Assembly: GCA_018303285.1 (NCBI GenBank)
Contig: JAGVYL010000002.1
Span: 6,483 to 47,102 of the forward strand
Length of the DNA: 40,620 nt
Direction: 5' to 3'
From: Candidatus Woesearchaeota archaeon
Lineage (GTDB): Archaea > Nanobdellota > Nanobdellia > Woesearchaeales > GW2011-AR9
A program made the translations under genes and the position numbers. This document shows positions 37,480 to 40,620 of the stretch, piece after piece. A model generated the notes under the pieces. That model saw only the letters and a program-made list of their open reading frames with translations. It made no database searches and was not told where the DNA came from. Position 1 is the stretch's first letter. Each line of letters starts with the position of its first letter.

Positions 37480-38041
37480 TTAACACCATTTCCCAAAAAT
37501 GCTCCGGATTATTTAAGATTATATGATTTTTTAAAACCTGTTTGCCTACATTCTCTTCTTTTTCTTTAAGCATCAGTTTAAACTCTTTTTCTGTAATAAA
37601 AAGGGGATTAATCTTTTTTTTAAAGAGCAGTTCATATTTGGAGAAAGAAAGACTCTTTTCTCCTTTTTTGTTAATAATCATCAAATCTATGTCACTTTGT
37701 TCAGTTTCTTTCCTCCGGGCGTAACTTCCGAACAAAACCACCACCTCTTTAGTATTTATCTCAGCAGCTATCTTTTTTATTAAAGGATTAATCTGGGTGA
37801 ATTCTTTCTTTTCTTCATCGGAAGAGATAGCTAGATAGGATTTAATAAGGGGGTGGGCGTAGTTTAGCTGGATAGTTTTTGCTTTGCCTACCTGTTGGAT
37901 AATCAATAAACTATGCATCTCCTTAAGCATCCGATAAAAAGTAGCGTAGGGTATTTTTAACAATAGACTTAATTGATGCATGGTATAGCTTCCGGTTAAA
38001 TTTTTGCCTAAGAAAACAATTAGTTTCTGTTTATTATCCAT
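37469..38041 (-). CDS. HTH + minimal nucleotidyltransferase (MNT antitoxin-like)
   Basis: 'VVLFGSYAR...SDIDLMII'; N-terminal wHTH. Confidence 0.88.
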   Translation of the reverse strand: MDNKQKLIVFLGKNLTGSYTMHQLSLLLKIPYATFYRMLKEMHSLLIIQQVGKAKTIQLNYAHPLIKSYLAISSDEEKKEFTQINPLIKKIAAEINTKEVVVLFGSYARRKETEQSDIDLMIINKKGEKSLSFSKYELLFKKKINPLFITEKEFKLMLKEKEENVGKQVLKNHIILNNPEHFWEMVLNGI

Positions 38042-38112
38042 TTTTAGATAACATTATCCGTATTTGATATATAAACTTTACGGTTGAATTGATGCCATCA
38101 AGGAAAAACATA

Positions 38113-39864
38113 TTATTCCAAAACTGCTTTAATCCTTCTTATCCCCGCAGCTACTGCTTCTTCTTTTGTAATCTTGAACTTTCCCAGCTCAGAAGTATTC
38201 TGGACATGCGGCCCCATGCAAATCTCTTTAGAATAATCACCTATAGAATAGACTGAAACTTTCTCAGGATATTTGGCTCCGAATTCAGCTTGAGCCCCGC
38301 TTTTCAAAGCCTGGTGTAACGGCATTTCCTCTCGTTTGATATTCAGTTTCAGTTTAATTATTTGATTAACTTCTGTTTCTACTTTTTTAATCTCTTCGTC
38401 AGTTAACTTATGATCAAAATTAAAGTCAAAGCGTAAACGTTCAGCAGTGATGTTGCTGCCTCGTTGTTTAATATCTTTTTTTAACACTTTACGCAACGCT
38501 TCGTTTAAAATATGAGTTGCAGTATGCAATTTAGTCGTCTCAGCAGAAGCATCGCTCAATCCGCCTTTGAATTTCTGTTCCGCTCCGACACGAGACAGTT
38601 CTTGATGGTGCTCAAACTCTTTTTTGAATCCAACTGCATCTACTTTAATGTTCTTCTCCGCCGCTAATTCCTGCGTCATCTCTAATGGAAAGCCATAACT
38701 TTGGAATAATAAGAAAGCTTCCTTTCCAGAAATAATTTTACTCTGAGCAGCTATTTTATCGAACTCTTTCAATCCCTGTTCTAACGTATAATTAAATTTA
38801 TGTTCCTCTTTCTCTAACTCAGATAAGATTTTAACATAATTCTGATGTAGTTCCGGATAAGAAGATTTATACTCTTTAACTACGATTTCGGCGATTTGCA
38901 CCGTGAAACATCCGCCGATTTCAATCAACTTCCCCAGCCGAATCGCTTTACGAATTAATCGCCTAAGCACATATCCCTGATCTACATTGGATGGAACAAT
39001 CCCACTCTGGTCTCCGAGCAAGAATACTGCGGCTCGAAGATGGTCAGCGATGATGCGCATGTTTTTCTTTTCCGAAGCATACGTTTTCTTACTAAGCTCT
39101 TCTATTTTTTTAATCGACGGCAAGAACAAATCTGTTTCGTACGCACTTTGTTCTCCAGTAAGAGCAGCTAATGTTCGTTCATAACCCATGCCCGTATCTA
39201 CATTTTTCTGTTTCAATGGTTCTAAAGTTTCGTCTTCCTTGCGATTATAAATCATAAATACATTATTCCAGATTTCCACCCAGTTATTATCATTTGCATC
39301 GAATACTTTAGGCGCTTTGCTTTTTGACTTCCAATAGAAAATTTCTGTAGATGGACCGCATGGCCCTTTCTCTCCTGCGCTCCAAAAGTTATCTTTGCCT
39401 AAATAAGCAATCCTATCTTTAGATACACCTAAACTTCTCCAAATCTCAGCAGATTCTTCATCTTTGGGCACGACTTTATCTCCTTGATATACTGTAAATG
39501 CCAATTTGTCTATTGGCAGGTTCAGCCATTTTTTATCGGTTAAGAATTCAAAGCTCCATGTAATAGATTCTTTCTTGAAGTAATCCCCTAAAGACCAATT
39601 TCCCAGCATCTGAAAGAAAGTATGATGAGTGTCATCTCCGATATTCTCGAAATCTACTGTACGTAAACATTTTTGGACATTAGTCAAGCGTTTTCCCTGC
39701 GGATGCTTTTGTCCAATTAGGAATGGAACTAACGGCTGCATTCCTGCGGTGTTGAATAGGACTGAAGAATCATTAACCGGGATTAAAGAAGCGGAAGGGA
39801 TGAGCTTATGGCCGTGCTGCTTGAAAAAGTCTAAGTACTTCTTTTTTAGCTCTTTGGCTTTCAT
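38113..39864 (-). CDS. alaS: alanine--tRNA ligase (compact form)
   Basis: 'FNTAGMQP', 'HHTFFQMLGNWSLGDYFK', 'VDTGMG.ER', 'ADHLR', 'HTATH', 'EICMGPH'. Confidence 0.96.
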   Translation of the reverse strand: MKAKELKKKYLDFFKQHGHKLIPSASLIPVNDSSVLFNTAGMQPLVPFLIGQKHPQGKRLTNVQKCLRTVDFENIGDDTHHTFFQMLGNWSLGDYFKKESITWSFEFLTDKKWLNLPIDKLAFTVYQGDKVVPKDEESAEIWRSLGVSKDRIAYLGKDNFWSAGEKGPCGPSTEIFYWKSKSKAPKVFDANDNNWVEIWNNVFMIYNRKEDETLEPLKQKNVDTGMGYERTLAALTGEQSAYETDLFLPSIKKIEELSKKTYASEKKNMRIIADHLRAAVFLLGDQSGIVPSNVDQGYVLRRLIRKAIRLGKLIEIGGCFTVQIAEIVVKEYKSSYPELHQNYVKILSELEKEEHKFNYTLEQGLKEFDKIAAQSKIISGKEAFLLFQSYGFPLEMTQELAAEKNIKVDAVGFKKEFEHHQELSRVGAEQKFKGGLSDASAETTKLHTATHILNEALRKVLKKDIKQRGSNITAERLRFDFNFDHKLTDEEIKKVETEVNQIIKLKLNIKREEMPLHQALKSGAQAEFGAKYPEKVSVYSIGDYSKEICMGPHVQNTSELGKFKITKEEAVAAGIRRIKAVLE

Positions 39865-39914
39865 AGAGGAATATTTTACTGGTGGTATATAAATATTTCA
39901 GTCAAAAAAGAGAG

Positions 39915-40619
39915 TTAAAATTCCGTCAAACTTTTCTGTTTTTTCTTTAGGGGAATGGAAGTTGCTTCTTTCTTTTGGGGTTCTTTTGTTTGGTCAGCAT
40001 TCTCAAATATCGGTTTTCCATAAACTCCATCATAACCGGGCTTTATTTCAACCTGGCGGTTTCTGCTCTTGATAATCGCTTCGGCCAGCTTAGGATGGAC
40101 TACTTTGGCCAATTCTGTGCCAGAAAGGCTCAGTAAGATATTGTTCTCGCTGCCGCCGAGCTGAATCAGCTTGTCGTAATTCTCCTGTGTTGTTTTGGAA
40201 CCGACAGAAGTTTGGTAAACTCCAGCAATGATCTCCTGCAAGGGAATCAAACTTTTGAAAGGAATTGCATTTTTCTTGACAAAGCCGAGCGGCCGATCAG
40301 CCAGCTGCTCTACTCTATAAGCTACTCCTAAAGTCAGCTGCTTGCGGCAGACCGGACAGATGCGGTCATGTTTTCCCGTTTCTTCCGGGGAGAAAACAAT
40401 ATTGCAAGAACGATGGCCGTCAAAGTGATACTTGCCATAAGCGGGATCAGTTTCAATCGTTTGGATGATGCGATTTTTACCAAAGCCATGTTCTAATCCG
40501 TTGTCTCTAATAGCTTGAAGGATATTTTGGTATGTTAACTTTTCTAATTCAAAGATGGTTGCTTCCCGGCCTAAGCGGTACGGCCAAAACGAATGGCTGT
40601 CAGAAAAAGAAACTAAATT
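39915..40619 (-). CDS. endonuclease Q / PHP-domain protein (TIGR00375-like), C-terminal part; start beyond window
   Basis: Open frame to window end: 'SFSDSHSFWPYRLGREAT', 'YGKYHFDGHRSC', 'ICPVC...LTLGV..RV', 'IPLQEII', 'PGYDGVYG'. Confidence 0.88.
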   Translation of the reverse strand, partial: NLVSFSDSHSFWPYRLGREATIFELEKLTYQNILQAIRDNGLEHGFGKNRIIQTIETDPAYGKYHFDGHRSCNIVFSPEETGKHDRICPVCRKQLTLGVAYRVEQLADRPLGFVKKNAIPFKSLIPLQEIIAGVYQTSVGSKTTQENYDKLIQLGGSENNILLSLSGTELAKVVHPKLAEAIIKSRNRQVEIKPGYDGVYGKPIFENADQTKEPQKKEATSIPLKKKQKSLTEF

Positions 40620-40620
40620 A

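Noticed and set aside
38113-39864. Short AlaRS as a pseudogene
   Set aside because: Catalytic and editing motifs are intact; compact AlaRS forms are common in reduced genomes

Overview
AT-rich chromosomal fragment of an archaeon, most likely DPANN (Woesearchaeota-like). This rests on archaeal TATA boxes (TTTATAAA/TTTAAATA about 25-35 nt before starts), TrmB regulators, archease, EndoQ, class III (pilin-type) signal peptides 'KRG-QITxFIIxG', and bacterial-type GAPDH/AlaRS. Housekeeping genes (amrB, gap, RsmB/NOP, TsaC/Sua5, D-2-hydroxyacid dehydrogenase, archease, alaS, endoQ) are interleaved with much accessory DNA. The main candidate system is a two-gene module present three times: a paralogous pilin-like membrane protein coupled to a large secreted protein. 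Two of the large proteins are paralogous HExxH metalloprotease-like proteins with a variable core and a C-terminal Cys motif. One module abuts a 5.3-kb operon of secreted/lipoprotein hydrolases. Other features: a frameshift-dependent IS1/IS6-like element, three MITE-like structured elements, attC-like inverted repeats bounding an MTase/orphan-gene cassette, a synonymously recoded triplication of a gene 3' end, a 2-hydroxyacid dehydrogenase lacking its catalytic triad, and several deletion/chimera scars (TsaC, two Bro-N genes). No tRNA, rRNA, CRISPR array, integrase or reverse transcriptase was seen. All family calls come from motif recognition by eye, not database searches.
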